Shown: positions 51,646 through 62,994 of the stretch, piece after piece
Layout: each line of letters begins with the position of its first letter
How positions within the stretch are numbered: the stretch's first letter is position 1
Assembly: GCF_009914755.1 (NCBI RefSeq)
Contig: NC_060939.1
Strand: one strand, 5' to 3'
Origin: the human T2T-CHM13v2.0 reference genome, Homo sapiens
Length of the DNA: 64,000 nucleotides
Notes under the pieces: model-generated
Database searches by the model: none
What the model saw: the letters and a program-made list of their open reading frames with translations, nothing else
What the model was told of the DNA's origin: nothing
Made by a program: the position numbers and the translations under genes

Positions 51646-52873
51646 TAGGAGTCTTCACAGTTATCATCCCATTTGATGCTTATAAGAGCCCTGTGAGAAA
51701 GGCAGGCAAGTGGCAATCCCCATGTCCTGCTGACGAAGAAAAGTGTTGAGATGCTAAGGCTCAGACAGTAAGATCTGGATAGAAAACAAAGTTTCTGACC
51801 TCTAGCTCTGAGTTCTCTGCCTAAAGGTTCTGCTCTACAAGGCATAATTTAAAAAAAAAAAAAGCAACATCTCCAAGAAGAGCAGCTTAATTTCTCTTGT
51901 ACAGTACAAGTCACTTCTCACCCCCATGGAACACATGGAGGAGAGGTAGTACCTGCTTCAGCCACAGTACCCAAAACAAGGCCAGGGCATCCCAGGGAGG
52001 TGAGCAGTGACCCCCCTTTCTGACAAACTGTTCCCCTGGCAGAAGCCAAGGGAGGGCTAGGGGACAGGGGCCTGCAATTCTGTGATAGCGTTGGGGCCTG
52101 CTTTCCACGCCCACTTTTCTGCAACGGTTTGTGATCTGGACTCCCTGAGCACCCGTTGGGAGCTGGGGGCAGCCTAGGGAAGTCGGGACCTACTCCTGTA
52201 CCCTTCCAAGGCAAGCATCCTGGGCCACCTAGCCGTTTCAGGGTCCAGGCCATGGGACCCCCTGTGCATAACACTGGGCCCAACAGCCTGGTCGGGCCCT
52301 GATGTTTGCTCACTGATGATGTGCAGAGGAGAGGGGGCAGTTTCCCACTTCTGGGAGAAGAGAGGGCACTGTCGGCCCTTGGCAGACTTGGGGGGCGTCA
52401 CTGCCCATATGTGGGGGACGTCACTGCTCACCTTGAGGGACTTAAGGGTTCCCAGTGGTGGGCATTCGAGAGGATACTGTCCACATCTGGGGCCAGCAAA
52501 GGACCCCTGTACCTCAACTGGAAGGCCAGAGGTTCACCTCAGCCTTGCAGTCATGAGGCAGCAGAGGGCCCCTACCCACTCCAACCCCCTAAAAAATGCA
52601 ACAATCCCAGGCACACCTTAGGCCGCAGCCTGGCTGTGACCGAACAGACGGCGGCCACACCCCCGGGGAGAGGCCGGGTGGGGACCGCAGGGCGCAGCTC
52701 TCCCAGTCCCACCCTTCGGCGCAGGGCTCCGGCCAACACAGCCCTCCAGGCCGCCTACTCTCCAGCCAGCCGGCTCCACGGACCCACGGAAGGGCAAGGG
52801 GGCGGCGTCGGGGCGGCGGGACAGTTGTCGGAGGGCGCCCTCCAGGCCCAAGCCGCCTTCTCCGGCCCCCGCC

Positions 52874-52953
52874 ATGGCCCGGGGCGGCAGTCAGAGCTGG
52901 AGCTCCGGGGAATCAGACGGGCAGCCAAAGGAGCAGACGCCCGAGAAGCCCAG
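52874..52953 (+). CDS. DNAJA4: DNAJA4 alternative first coding exon (long isoform, 29-aa N-terminal extension)
   Basis: Strong Kozak gccATGg. Encodes [26 protein letters not shown], then donor AG|gtgagc. Splices in frame to acceptor ccccgcag|ACACAAGATG at 53316, giving ...[10 protein letters not shown]. Confidence 0.9.
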
Positions 52954-53019
52954 GTGAGCGGCTGGGCCGCGCCGGACGGGCGTCGGGGGTCTGGGCCGCG
53001 AACCCGCCGCGGGGCCGCC

Positions 53020-53095
53020 GGAACCTCCGCGAAGGTTCTAGGCCTTTGTGGCGTCACCGTCTCCTTGCGGAAGCTTCCGCCGGCGCCGAATAAAA
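53020..53095 (+). promoter_or_regulatory. DNAJA4: Heat shock elements, CRE-like site and TATA-like AATAAAA (internal DNAJA4 promoter)
   Basis: gGAAc-cTCCg-cGAAg-gTTCt (53020-53039), TGGCGTCA (53049-53056), gGAAgcTTCc (53069-53078), AATAAAA (53089-53095). Confidence 0.75.
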
Positions 53096-53322
53096 CCCGC
53101 CGCGGAGGAGCCGGTGGCTCTAGTGCGGTGGAGCCAGGCGTGGAAGTCGGTCCGGCGCGGGGCGGGGGGCGGGCGGGAGCTACAAGCGGCGGCGGCGGCG
53201 GCGACCGTGACCGTGACGCGCGGGCGGGCGGCGGGGGCGCGGGCCAGGGGCGCGGGCCAGGGTGCCGGCAGGGGCGTCCGGGGCGCTCTGACCGGCCTCG
53301 CCCGCCCCCCCGCAGACACAAG

Positions 53323-53454
53323 ATGGTGAAGGAGACCCAGTACTATGACATCCTGGGCGTGAAGCCCAGCGCGTCCCCGGAGGAGATCAAGAAGGCCTAT
53401 CGGAAGCTGGCGCTCAAGTACCACCCGGACAAGAACCCGGATGAGGGCGAGAAG
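53323..53454 (+). CDS. DNAJA4: DNAJA4 J-domain exon (helices I-II and HPD motif); exon starts at 53316 in the long isoform
   Basis: [44 protein letters not shown], 132 nt, donor AAG|gtgcgg. Confidence 0.97.
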
Positions 53455-54039
53455 GTGCGGGGCGGCGCGGGGCACGGGCCGGGCTCCCGAGGGGCCAAGG
53501 GTTATTAAGCCAGGAGCATTGAAGGCGACGGGAAACCTGAGCCGCGTTTGTTGGGGAGGCTGTCGCCAGGCGCCTCGGGGCCAGGCCGGGCAGAGGTGGC
53601 GGGAGACCCTGGGCGCCGTGCGGCGCGGTCGGTGGAGGGCGCTTCGCCCGCGGAGGAGGCATGTGGTGCGGCACTTGGGTCCCTCGCGAGTCCCTGCCGA
53701 GCCCATTCATTCCTCCATTCGCTCCACAAGTGTTTGGGTAGCCCCTGCCGTGCGCGCCGGACTAGTTCTCATAGGGTGTGTTGGTTCCCTGTGGGAGAGG
53801 CGGCCTGGGAATCGGGAAACTGAGGCACACACAAACAGTTGTTTACTTGCTGGGAACGACTGGCTCATATTCTCTGTTGATGCATAAACCCTAGGGATGA
53901 GTGTCTTTAATCTGAGCTGGTACCTTGGACAAACGCCGTGCCTCTCTTGAGAATGACTAGCTGGATTTGTTCTGTGCACCTACTGCCTACCTGATAAAAG
54001 CGTCAGATAGTGAATAATCCCATTTTCTTTATTAAACAG

Positions 54040-54240
54040 GGACACGGACATCTGCAACCTGACATCAGCTTGTACTCATATTCTGGGTTTTCGGTGACAA
54101 GTGACACACAGTTGATCATAAGTACCAATCATAGACTGAAAATGCTCTGCATTTTAGAGACAGAAGTTAAAAGCTTTTCCATCCTGTTTACAGAAAGTTT
54201 GCTTTTTATCTCTAAAGAGGCTCATGACCCACCTGAATAG
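54040..54240 (+). other. Candidate poison cassette exon in DNAJA4 intron
   Basis: cattttctttattaaacag|GGA acceptor, TAG|gtgaat donor; 201 nt, open for 66 codons in frame with the J-domain exon, then TAG. Confidence 0.5.
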
Positions 54241-54801
54241 GTGAATTGAAGGATGAGGCATTGCAAGGAAAGGCTGCTAACCCTCCCGTTCCTCCTTTCA
54301 CTTCTTGCCATTTTCTTACAAAACTTTGGTTGTTCCGCATGGGTCTTGAGAGGTGGGGCCGTTATAGTAGCTGATAGCAGTGTCACTTGGGCCACGTTTG
54401 AAACCACACCAATCACCCATGTAGCATTTAAGACCTGTGGAAACGACGCTGGAATCAAAATACCTGTCTGTGTTAGTTGTTCCAAGCTGGAGAAAGCTAC
54501 TTCAGGACGGTTGGCTGAATGGCAACAGTGATGGAATATTTATATTTAGCCACATGTGCTGAATGTGGCTGTCACAAGTTTAAAATGCTTTCCTGTAAGA
54601 CCATTTGTCTGTTACTCACTTGCGTTCTTTCTCATCTATATTTAGATGGCTTACTGTAGCTTTTAAAGGCACTGGCGTTTTACATGGTGCTGGTGATTCA
54701 TCCACCTGCTCCCTACATTCATTGTAGTCCGCTTCTGACAGTCTCCTTTAAGGAGAGCTTGTAGGCTTCTAATTTCACATTTCAGCAAGCTGGCTAAAGA
54801 C

Positions 54802-54852
54802 ATGTGGGAAAGCCTGACCCTGGATTCAGGTCAAATCTCAGCACTCACAAGA
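54802..54852 (+). CDS. DNAJA4: DNAJA4 alternative internal first coding exon (short isoform, MWESLTLDSGQISALTR)
   Basis: ATG plus 16 further sense codons ending at donor AGA|gtaagt in phase 0, in frame with the exon at 59063. It replaces 44 aa with 17 aa, consistent with the 370-aa isoform I recall. Confidence 0.75.
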
Positions 54853-55683
54853 GTAAGTTCATGCCTCTGTGTATACAGTTAGAGCTGAATATGCTTTTGT
54901 TCTGAAGCTTTTATTTTTAAAAAATTAGACTTGACCTGTACTACATATGTGTAGGTTTCACCCTGTCTATACCTGTCTGGGCAGGTTGTTTGGTTTGTTT
55001 TAAACTAATATTTATTCATAGCCAGGCACTGAGTTAGTGTCACATAAATGAGGCCCTTGGCAGTGAGGTCTGGCAGGCCCATCAGCTTGGAGGGAAGGGT
55101 TCTGTGATGTGCCCATTGCCAGGAATACTTTCCTTCCTCTACCTTCATGGAAGGGGATAAAACTCTTTAGTTCTCAGCTAAAACATCTTCCAGGAGGCTG
55201 CCTCTGCCTCATAGACTGAACCACAGGCCCAACGTGCATCCTACTTTAATGGTGATTACTTGTTTGATTAACTGTATTCCTTTAATGGTGATTACTTGTT
55301 TGATAACTGTATTACCTGCCATAATGTAAGCAGGGCAGTGACTGTGCCCCCATGGCCACTTATGGGGTGAGTATCTAGCTGTGCAGGGTAGGTGCTAAAA
55401 TGTTTGTTAGCTGGCTGAGTAAATGCACTTTAAAAAATTGTGTGTAGGAGGAGAGGGCCCTATAAAGGCACAAATTGGAAGGGAAATTGCAGTGAAAGGG
55501 ATATTGGGAGGAGAGTGGCAATTTAGATCGGAAATCAAAGAGGATGAGGAGACTGGGGACACAATTTATAGAAACGGCTGTAGAGTTCCCCAGAGAGAGC
55601 TCATTCATTCATTCATTCATTCATTCAACAAATACCTCCTCTTCTGGTCCCCACTGTGTGCTGGGTGCACTGTGCAGGCCTTT

Positions 55684-55787
55684 TGTGAGTGTGTGTGAGT
55701 GTGTATGTGAGTGTGTGAGTGTGTATGTGAGTGTGTATGTGAGTGTGTGAGTGTGTGAGTGTGTATGTGAGTGTGTATGTGTGTGTA
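55684..55787. repeat. TG-rich degenerate repeat (TGTGAG/TGTA units)
   Basis: Directly visible; (TCAT)n L2-tail-like repeat at 55601-55626. Confidence 0.93.
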
Positions 55788-57264
55788 GTTCTTTTCCACT
55801 TTATCACAGGTAGAACCTTTAAATTTTTTTTTCCTCCTAAGTTCGTCACTGTATTATTAACGTCTCTTCAAAAATAGACTACACCAGTTCTTTACCCCTT
55901 GCTGGGAAAACTGAGAAGGCCGTTGAAATGTTGGTCTTTGTTTTTTGCCCTGTTGTCCCCTGTTGCTAAGCATTGGGGCACCTTGTGTTGTTTGGGCACT
56001 CTGTATGGAGTCTGTACTTCTCTGCGGGTGTTTTTTTTTTTGTTTTTTGTTTTTTTTGCAAGATGCGTGGGTGGTAGGTAGTGGGTCACCAAGATAGTCC
56101 CTTTTAGGGGCAATGATGTGGGGTATATTCTTGGCTATTACCCTGTTGAGATGAGTTTGGTCTTTTGGTCAATTTCATTGTAACTTTTAGTTTGAATAAT
56201 AGACTTTCAAGTTCAAAAATCAAAACATAGCAAACCATGCAGAAAATTTTAGAACACAGAGGGAAACCTACCAAGTACACATTATCCTAACCACTCTGTG
56301 CTTCTTTCCAAGCTTTCCCCAGTATGATCATACATGGCCATCCTGATACATAGACATTTTGTTTTCTTGTTTCCACTTAATATTTTATTATAAGTACTTT
56401 TCCCAAGTTGTTACGTAGTCTTCAAAGCCATTTTCCCCTCAGCTGTATAGTAATCCTGTTAAGGTTCTGTGGCAAATGATCATGGTCTGAAAGGCAAGCT
56501 CATCATAGCACTCGTCTCCCACTGGGAGAAGGGGGTCCGGGCCGGGAGCTGAATTAGACTTTGGAGTGCTGGGACCCTAGAGGATGGACTCCCTACTGGT
56601 AGTTGGAACCCCCATCCCATGTGAGATCTGGCCTCTGACTGAATGTCCCAAGCAACTGGGTACTCCTTTTCCATTCTTAGATCATTCTATTAAGTCTAAA
56701 TGACATGTGAGTATCCAGGGTATTTGGTGAGTGTTTCCGGTGGACGTTCCCATGAAGTTATTTACCTAGTCCTGACCTGCAGATAGACGCAGAAACTGTC
56801 TAGGGGCAGCCTGGCCTAGTTGCTTTCTGATCTGTACCAGGCACCCAATCCTTACACTCTACCTCATGTTTTCTGCTGAGGAAAGGGATAGTAGTGAATG
56901 GTACTTACTTCTTCGCAGAAATGGTATGAGAATTAACATATCAAAAGATCTAGCTGCCTTATATACGATGCTGATGTCTTTTTAAGACTTTTCTAAATTG
57001 TAGTTTTTTAGCTATTTATTAGCTATTATTATTGGTTACTTATTAGATTTCAATCAGGGATCTGTAGAACAAGGGAATTAATGCCTCAAATTCCCTTGTT
57101 CTCTCTCTCAAATTCCTTATTTCATGGCACTTTTTTTCCCTGAATATTTTTTGGAGCCAGCTGCATTATAGGATCTGTTTATCTATATATCCATATTTGT
57201 CTCTCCGACTAAACTGTAGCCTCTGGAGGGCCAAGATCCTACCTCATTTATTTATTTCTGAGTT

Positions 57265-57920
57265 CCCAGAATCGAGCCATTCATCTAACAGGTATTTACC
57301 AAGTGCCTTCTACATGCCAGGCATGGTTCCAGGCTCAGTTAGACAGCAGTGGACAAAACCCCCCATCTTCATGGAGCTTATGTTGCAGTGGGGGCTACAG
57401 CATAAGCAGTAGATGATGCAGCTTGTTAGAAGGTGGTTCATGATATGGAGAAATATGCAGCAGTTGTGGGGGCTGGGAGGGTCTGAGGTGGGTTTGCAGT
57501 GTTAAAGCTGGATCACCAGGAGGCATCCCTGAGAAGGTGGTCTGTGAGCTAAGGCTGGAAAGAGATGAGTCGGGAGGCCGCACCAGGCTGAGGTGCCTCT
57601 GAGGCCCAGACTGCAGAGTTGAGGAACAGCAGGGAGCCTGCTGAAACTGGCATAGAATTGGGGTGGGGACACACAGGAGGAGAGGAAAGTACAGGTGCCA
57701 AGTTGGGCTTATAGATGAAAGTTAGGACTGGCTTTTACTCCCAGTGACGTGGGCCACCTTGTAGAGGTTTGAGCAGAGGATCGACCCAATTAGTGGGCTC
57801 GAGTGGAGAACACACTGAAAGCTGGGGTGAGGAGGGCACATGGAAGACCACGGAGGAGGCCACTGCAGTGGTCCAGGCCTGAGATGGTGCCTTCAGCCAG
57901 AGTGGATGTGGTGTGGTAAG
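57265..57920 (-). mobile_element. L2 fragment, antisense
   Basis: cattcatctaacaggtatttaccaagtgccttctacatgccaggc...gaggccactgcagtggtccagg. Confidence 0.7.
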
Positions 57921-59062
57921 AAGGAACAGATCTTGCATGTTTTCGCATTCTGATTTTATTTTAAAAATGTCCATATACCTGCAGAAAACATGAGTGATAC
58001 AATGAACACCTATGTATTCTTCACCTAGCTTTACCAGTTATAAATAAGTTGTCACATTTGTTTTATCTATTATTATTATTACTGTTGGCTAAAGATTTTG
58101 GGAGGAAGCTACCTGTAGCATAACCTTTCAGCCCTAAGTGCTGCGTGTTTCTCTTGGGCACAAGGACATCCTTGTACATAACCATAGTAAAGTTATCAAA
58201 TTCAAGAAGTTTAACATTGGGAACAAAGATTCACATTTCTCCCATTGTTCCAATAATGTCCTTTGTAGCCATTTTTTTTTTTCTCCCCTGTGCAGGATCT
58301 GATCCAGGATCACACATTGTATTCGTTTTTTTCTATCTTTTAATTTTAGAGTATCTCTCAATTTGGGTTTTCTGATTCTTTTCATACAATTGGGTTCCAG
58401 TGGTAACTTTTTGGCAGGAATGCTACACATGGGATATTGTGTCTGTCTTAGGGTACTGGAGATGCAAATGTGAAGGTAGCATCAGTGGGATTTGTTGACA
58501 GGTGAGATTGGCATTGCCAATAACTGTGATATGGGGAAGACTATGGGTGGGGCGGGGCTTTTGGGGGAGGATCAGGAGTATAGGTTTGTATCCAATGTCT
58601 GGCACGTGGTTAGATGCTCACAGATGCCTGTAGTTGAATTTCATTCTAGTAAACTAGTGAAATGATTCCCATGAGGAGGTGAGCCAGTGGTAATGCCCAG
58701 AGTCCTGGCTCTATCTGGTTAGAGGTTCACCCCTGGCACTGTCTCATGGTATCCTAGCTGGTCTCGACTTCCTGTCTGGTGCAGCCGGATTAGTGAGAAA
58801 CTTTCCCTCTCTACTGGCTTCTCTCCCTTATTCTTATCGTGTCCCTACCACCAGTCCCTTAATATGTTTGCCCTGTGTTTCCCACTTTACCAAAGGAGTA
58901 GGTAGACAGGCAAGTCGGATTCCAGGTAGAGGATGTATAGACTGGCTAGTTCAAGGGTTTGGGGGCAGAATACCTCTATTACTTTGTATGTTTATATGGC
59001 AGGTTTGCTTAACAAAACAACTGAAACTTCTCTAAAAATCTCTCTCTCTCTCTCTTTTAAAG

Positions 59063-59243
59063 TTTAAACTCATATCCCAGGCATATGAAGTGCTTTCAGA
59101 TCCAAAGAAAAGGGATGTTTATGACCAAGGCGGAGAGCAGGCAATTAAAGAAGGAGGCTCAGGCAGCCCCAGCTTCTCTTCACCCATGGACATCTTTGAC
59201 ATGTTCTTTGGTGGTGGTGGACGGATGGCTAGAGAGAGAAGAG
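59063..59243 (+). CDS. DNAJA4: DNAJA4 exon: end of J-domain and G/F-rich region
   Basis: (CT)n tract, aag|TTTAAACTC...; [60 protein letters not shown]; 181 nt; G|gtaaat. Confidence 0.96.
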
Positions 59244-59341
59244 GTAAATGCTTTTAAAGAAACATAAATAAGTTGTATGGTTTCCACAATTATACGTGTT
59301 GTTGGAATCAGGATAGATCATGCTTTCAAAGGATATGATTG

Positions 59342-59646
59342 GGCCAGGCGCGGTGGTTCATGTCTGTAATTTCAGCACTTTGGGAGGCCAAGGTGGGAGA
59401 ATTGTTTTAGGCCAGGATTTCAAGACCAACCGGGGCAACATAGTGATACTCCCCATCTCAAAAAAAATAAAAATAAAAAACTTAGCCAGGCATGGTGACT
59501 CATGCCTGTAGTCTCCGCTACTTCTTGAGATGCTGAGGCTGGAGGAAAACTTGAGCCCAGGAAGTCGAGGCTGCAGTGAGCTCTCCAGCCTGCACGGCAG
59601 GGTGAGACCCTGTCTCAAACAAACAAACAAACAAACAAACAAAAAA
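59342..59646 (+). mobile_element. AluJ with (AAAC)n tail
   Basis: Diverged Alu ~100 bp downstream of a DNAJA4 exon. Confidence 0.9.
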
Positions 59647-60659
59647 CCCCACCAGGTACAATTGCCATGTTTTGAGATCATTAACTTTAAAGAGTTTATC
59701 ACTTGTCTAGTGCTCAGGCTACCTGGAAACTCTTGGTAAATTTAGTAATTATCTGACACCCTCCAATACCATATGAAGTAGCGAATGGAGTGGTGGATAG
59801 AAAAGAGGAAGGTGAAGTTCATCGTGCCTTCTTTTCCTCTGTTGTTGGGGTCAGGCACCAGAGTGTGCTGAGGGATGTAAATGACGCCGCCTGTGGTTGT
59901 CAGTGATCCTTTACCGAGAGTGTTCCTCTCTCCTCTTGCCCACCCTCCCTTTGTGGCCCTCCATGTTCCCTGACCTGGGCGTGGGCTGCAGGCTCTCTAA
60001 TTCTAGGTGGGTACTCTTGCCATGTTCAGTATGGCCTCATTTCCCAGCCTGCTCAGGGGATTTTCTAGGCAACAAAATTCATCTCTTTATGTTTTGAAAT
60101 CTTTATAAATGACCTGCCTTTCTTTTCAGAATGCATTATGAGTAGTAGCAACTTCATCCCCAGGAGGTGAATGAGGAACTTCTTAGCCCTTAGCTCAATG
60201 GCCCCAGGCCACTGTTTTGACTTTCTCGGGATTTGTTCTTCCTAATTTTTCTGCATCTCACCTCTGCCAGGCTACGGGCTGTCACCTCTGTTGTTAGTAG
60301 TTGCTAATAGACTAGTTCCCATTCCCCCTGTTTAGTTTACTGTTGTCAGGCTGCTTTGGATCTTGAAACCAGAAAGATAACCAAGCGTATTACAATTCTG
60401 GATAAAGTCAGAAGAAATGAGCTCTGCCTTGGGGTTTAAGAAGTGTGGCTTTGGTCAGTGAGAGGCCCCTAGATAAATGAAGCTGCACTTGTTATCACAT
60501 TGTAATTGACTTTGAGCTTGAAAAAGCTTGGGTGTCAATTCTGTGAACATAGAGTGCTGAAAATCACAAAGTGTTTATTAGGGAAAAATCCTTCCTCTGT
60601 CCTTTGAGCATATCGCCTGCTCCTATAATTGATGGTGTGGACATGATAAAACCTTGGGT

Positions 60660-60956
<297 letters not shown>

Positions 60957-61664
60957 TCACTGTCTTGAGATGAAAAACTTCATGCCCTTAATTAAGTCAT
61001 CTCTCAAAGTTGGCAGCCAGTAAACCAGGACAGCTCATCTCAGTGACTGCAGGAGCTCCACGGGCAGCAGGGAGGGTCTTGATGCTGTCAGTCTTGACAG
61101 GCTGGCAGGTGCTGGAGCACACCCCCACCCTGTGGACTGAACACCCACTGTCCTGAGTTGCAGAAGCAAGATTTTGGCAGAGGAAAGAATTCCCATTTGG
61201 CCACCGGTTACAGAAGGGCTCAGAAAGTAAAGTGCTTTATGCCCAAGGAAGTGAAAGATCCAGAGACTTTGGCTGTCAAACATTTATGTATAGAAAGGAC
61301 TCCTTTCATGGGGAAACTTAACCAATTTCGTGGGTTAATACTGCCTTTGGTTTCTCAATTAGTACTCTCCTTGTCCTCAGATTTGTTCTCAGAAAATAAA
61401 GGTGGAAAGTCTTTTTGTTGGCCTCTATAAATGATTGAATAATTAGCTCATAGCTAGAGAGGGTATTAGCTCTTGTTATTGGCTGAGGGCCAGAAGGATG
61501 GGCTGGGGTAATAGAAGCATTGCTTCCTGCAGGGAAGGGAGCGCATGACCCAGCCACAGTCTTGAGTCTCTGGAGACTTCATACAACTAAGGGTCATATG
61601 GGTGGTATTTAATACAATGGTATATTTCATTCAACGCCACTAATTTTTTTTCTCCCTTGCTAAG

Positions 61665-61769
61665 GCAAGAATGTTGTACACCAGTTATCTGTAACTCTTG
61701 AAGATCTATATAATGGAGTCACGAAGAAATTGGCCCTCCAGAAAAATGTAATTTGTGAGAAATGTGAAG
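61665..61769 (+). CDS. DNAJA4: DNAJA4 exon: start of C-terminal domain I and first Zn-finger CxxC
   Basis: Pyrimidine tract, taag|GC; (G)[34 protein letters not shown]; 105 nt; G|gtaaaa. Confidence 0.96.
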
Positions 61770-61981
61770 GTAAAAATTAATTTTTGACTGAACCGCACAG
61801 TTCTGATCCCTTAGATTCAGAAACAATGCTTGTTTTATAGTTCAGGGAAAATAAGTTATCTTTTTTCAAATGCAAGGGTCAAGCAGAGATTACAAACAGG
61901 TGGCCTGAGGGCCACACTTCTTTGCCTGAATGAATGTTTTCTTTGGGCTGCACCTCTATTTGACATGTTGACAATTATTTC

Positions 61982-62070
61982 TTTTTATGTTTTTGTATTT
62001 TTTATTTTTATTATACTCTAAGTTTTAGGGTGCATGTGCACAACGTGCAGGTTTGTTACATATGTATACA
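61982..62070 (-). mobile_element. Severely 5'-truncated L1PA 3' end
   Basis: ttattatactctaagttttagggtgcatgtgcacaacgtgcaggtttgttacatatgtataca with 11-bp TSD GACAATTATTT. Confidence 0.9.
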
Positions 62071-62114
62071 GACAATTATTTTTAAAAATTAAAAATCAGA
62101 CACTTGACCTCATC

Positions 62115-62290
62115 TAGGGGTTGGCAGACTTTTTCTGTAAAGAGCCAGATTTTAGGCTTTCCAGGCCATGGAGTCTTTTGTAGCTAGTTCACTCTGCCGT
62201 CATAGTACATAAATGAATGGACATGCCTATGTTCCAGTAAAGCTTTATTTACAAAACCAAGCAGTCTGGCCATGGTTTCTTGACCCCTGA
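62115..62290. mobile_element. MER58A-like DNA transposon
   Basis: aggggttggcagactttttctgtaaagagccagat...gttccagtaaagctttatttacaaaa...gacccctg. Confidence 0.75.
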
Positions 62291-62766
62291 CTTAAATGTA
62301 TATATAATTATTGTAATTTTTAAAAAACCTGAGTTTTCAAGAAAAGCCATGTCTGGTGACCCCAGCCTCACATTGTCCCACAGAGAGAATTGGCTGAGCT
62401 GGGTAGCTGCCACTATTGACAGAGCTTGTGTTGTCTAGATCGCCACAGCCCCAGCCTCCTCATTCATCTGTGGGCCTATGCGAGTTCCACCTGGGGTGGA
62501 AGAAAACACATTTGATGAAGCTAAAGTAATAAATTTGGATTGGTGCAGCCAAAATCACAAACGTTTGAGGTCAGATGTTAACATCTGGATGTTGTCTGCT
62601 TGGCTGGACTCCTCCAGACTCTTCTGCATTGTTTTTTATTATTGTAAATAGAATTCTAAGCCCATTGTCCAATGTGAGGGTTCCCTACCCTTCTGCCATG
62701 GCGCCCAGCAGGGACACTGGTAAGGGAAGAGCATGGCCCTCATTCCTGCCTCCCCTGACCCTGCAG

Positions 62767-62994
62767 GTGTTGGTGGGAAGAAGGGATCGGTGGAGAAGTG
62801 CCCGCTGTGCAAGGGGCGGGGGATGCAGATCCACATCCAGCAGATCGGGCCGGGCATGGTACAGCAGATCCAGACCGTGTGCATCGAGTGCAAGGGCCAG
62901 GGTGAGCGCATCAACCCCAAGGACCGCTGCGAGAGCTGCAGCGGGGCCAAGGTGATCCGTGAGAAGAAGATTATCGAGGTACATGTTGAAAAAG
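62767..62994 (+). CDS. DNAJA4: DNAJA4 exon: zinc-finger (CxxCxGxG) region
   Basis: ctgcag|GT; (G)[75 protein letters not shown]; 228 nt; G|gtgagg. Confidence 0.97.

Larger units (their letters stand above)
52600..53800. promoter_or_regulatory. DNAJA4: CpG island, DNAJA4 promoter
   Basis: Very high GC and CpG density against CpG-depleted flanks; GC boxes; contains two DNAJA4 start codons. Confidence 0.93.

Noticed and set aside
51900-52650. Divergent lncRNA from the DNAJA4 CpG island
   Set aside because: Plausible for a CpG-island promoter, but no exon structure can be supported from sequence alone
53187-53202. (GGC)n in the DNAJA4 5' region as an expansion locus
   Set aside because: Only about five units; ordinary for CpG-island UTRs
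52306-53508. 400-aa ORF ending in the DNAJA4 J-domain
   Set aside because: No ATG at its start, crosses the promoter and an intron, and runs past the donor at 53454. Long stop-free frames are expected in a CpG island. Only 53323-53454 is supported coding sequence in this frame.
52755-53706. Antisense ORFs of 188 and 222 aa over the CpG island
   Set aside because: Pro/Arg/Ala-rich shadow frames of GC-rich DNA; no domain
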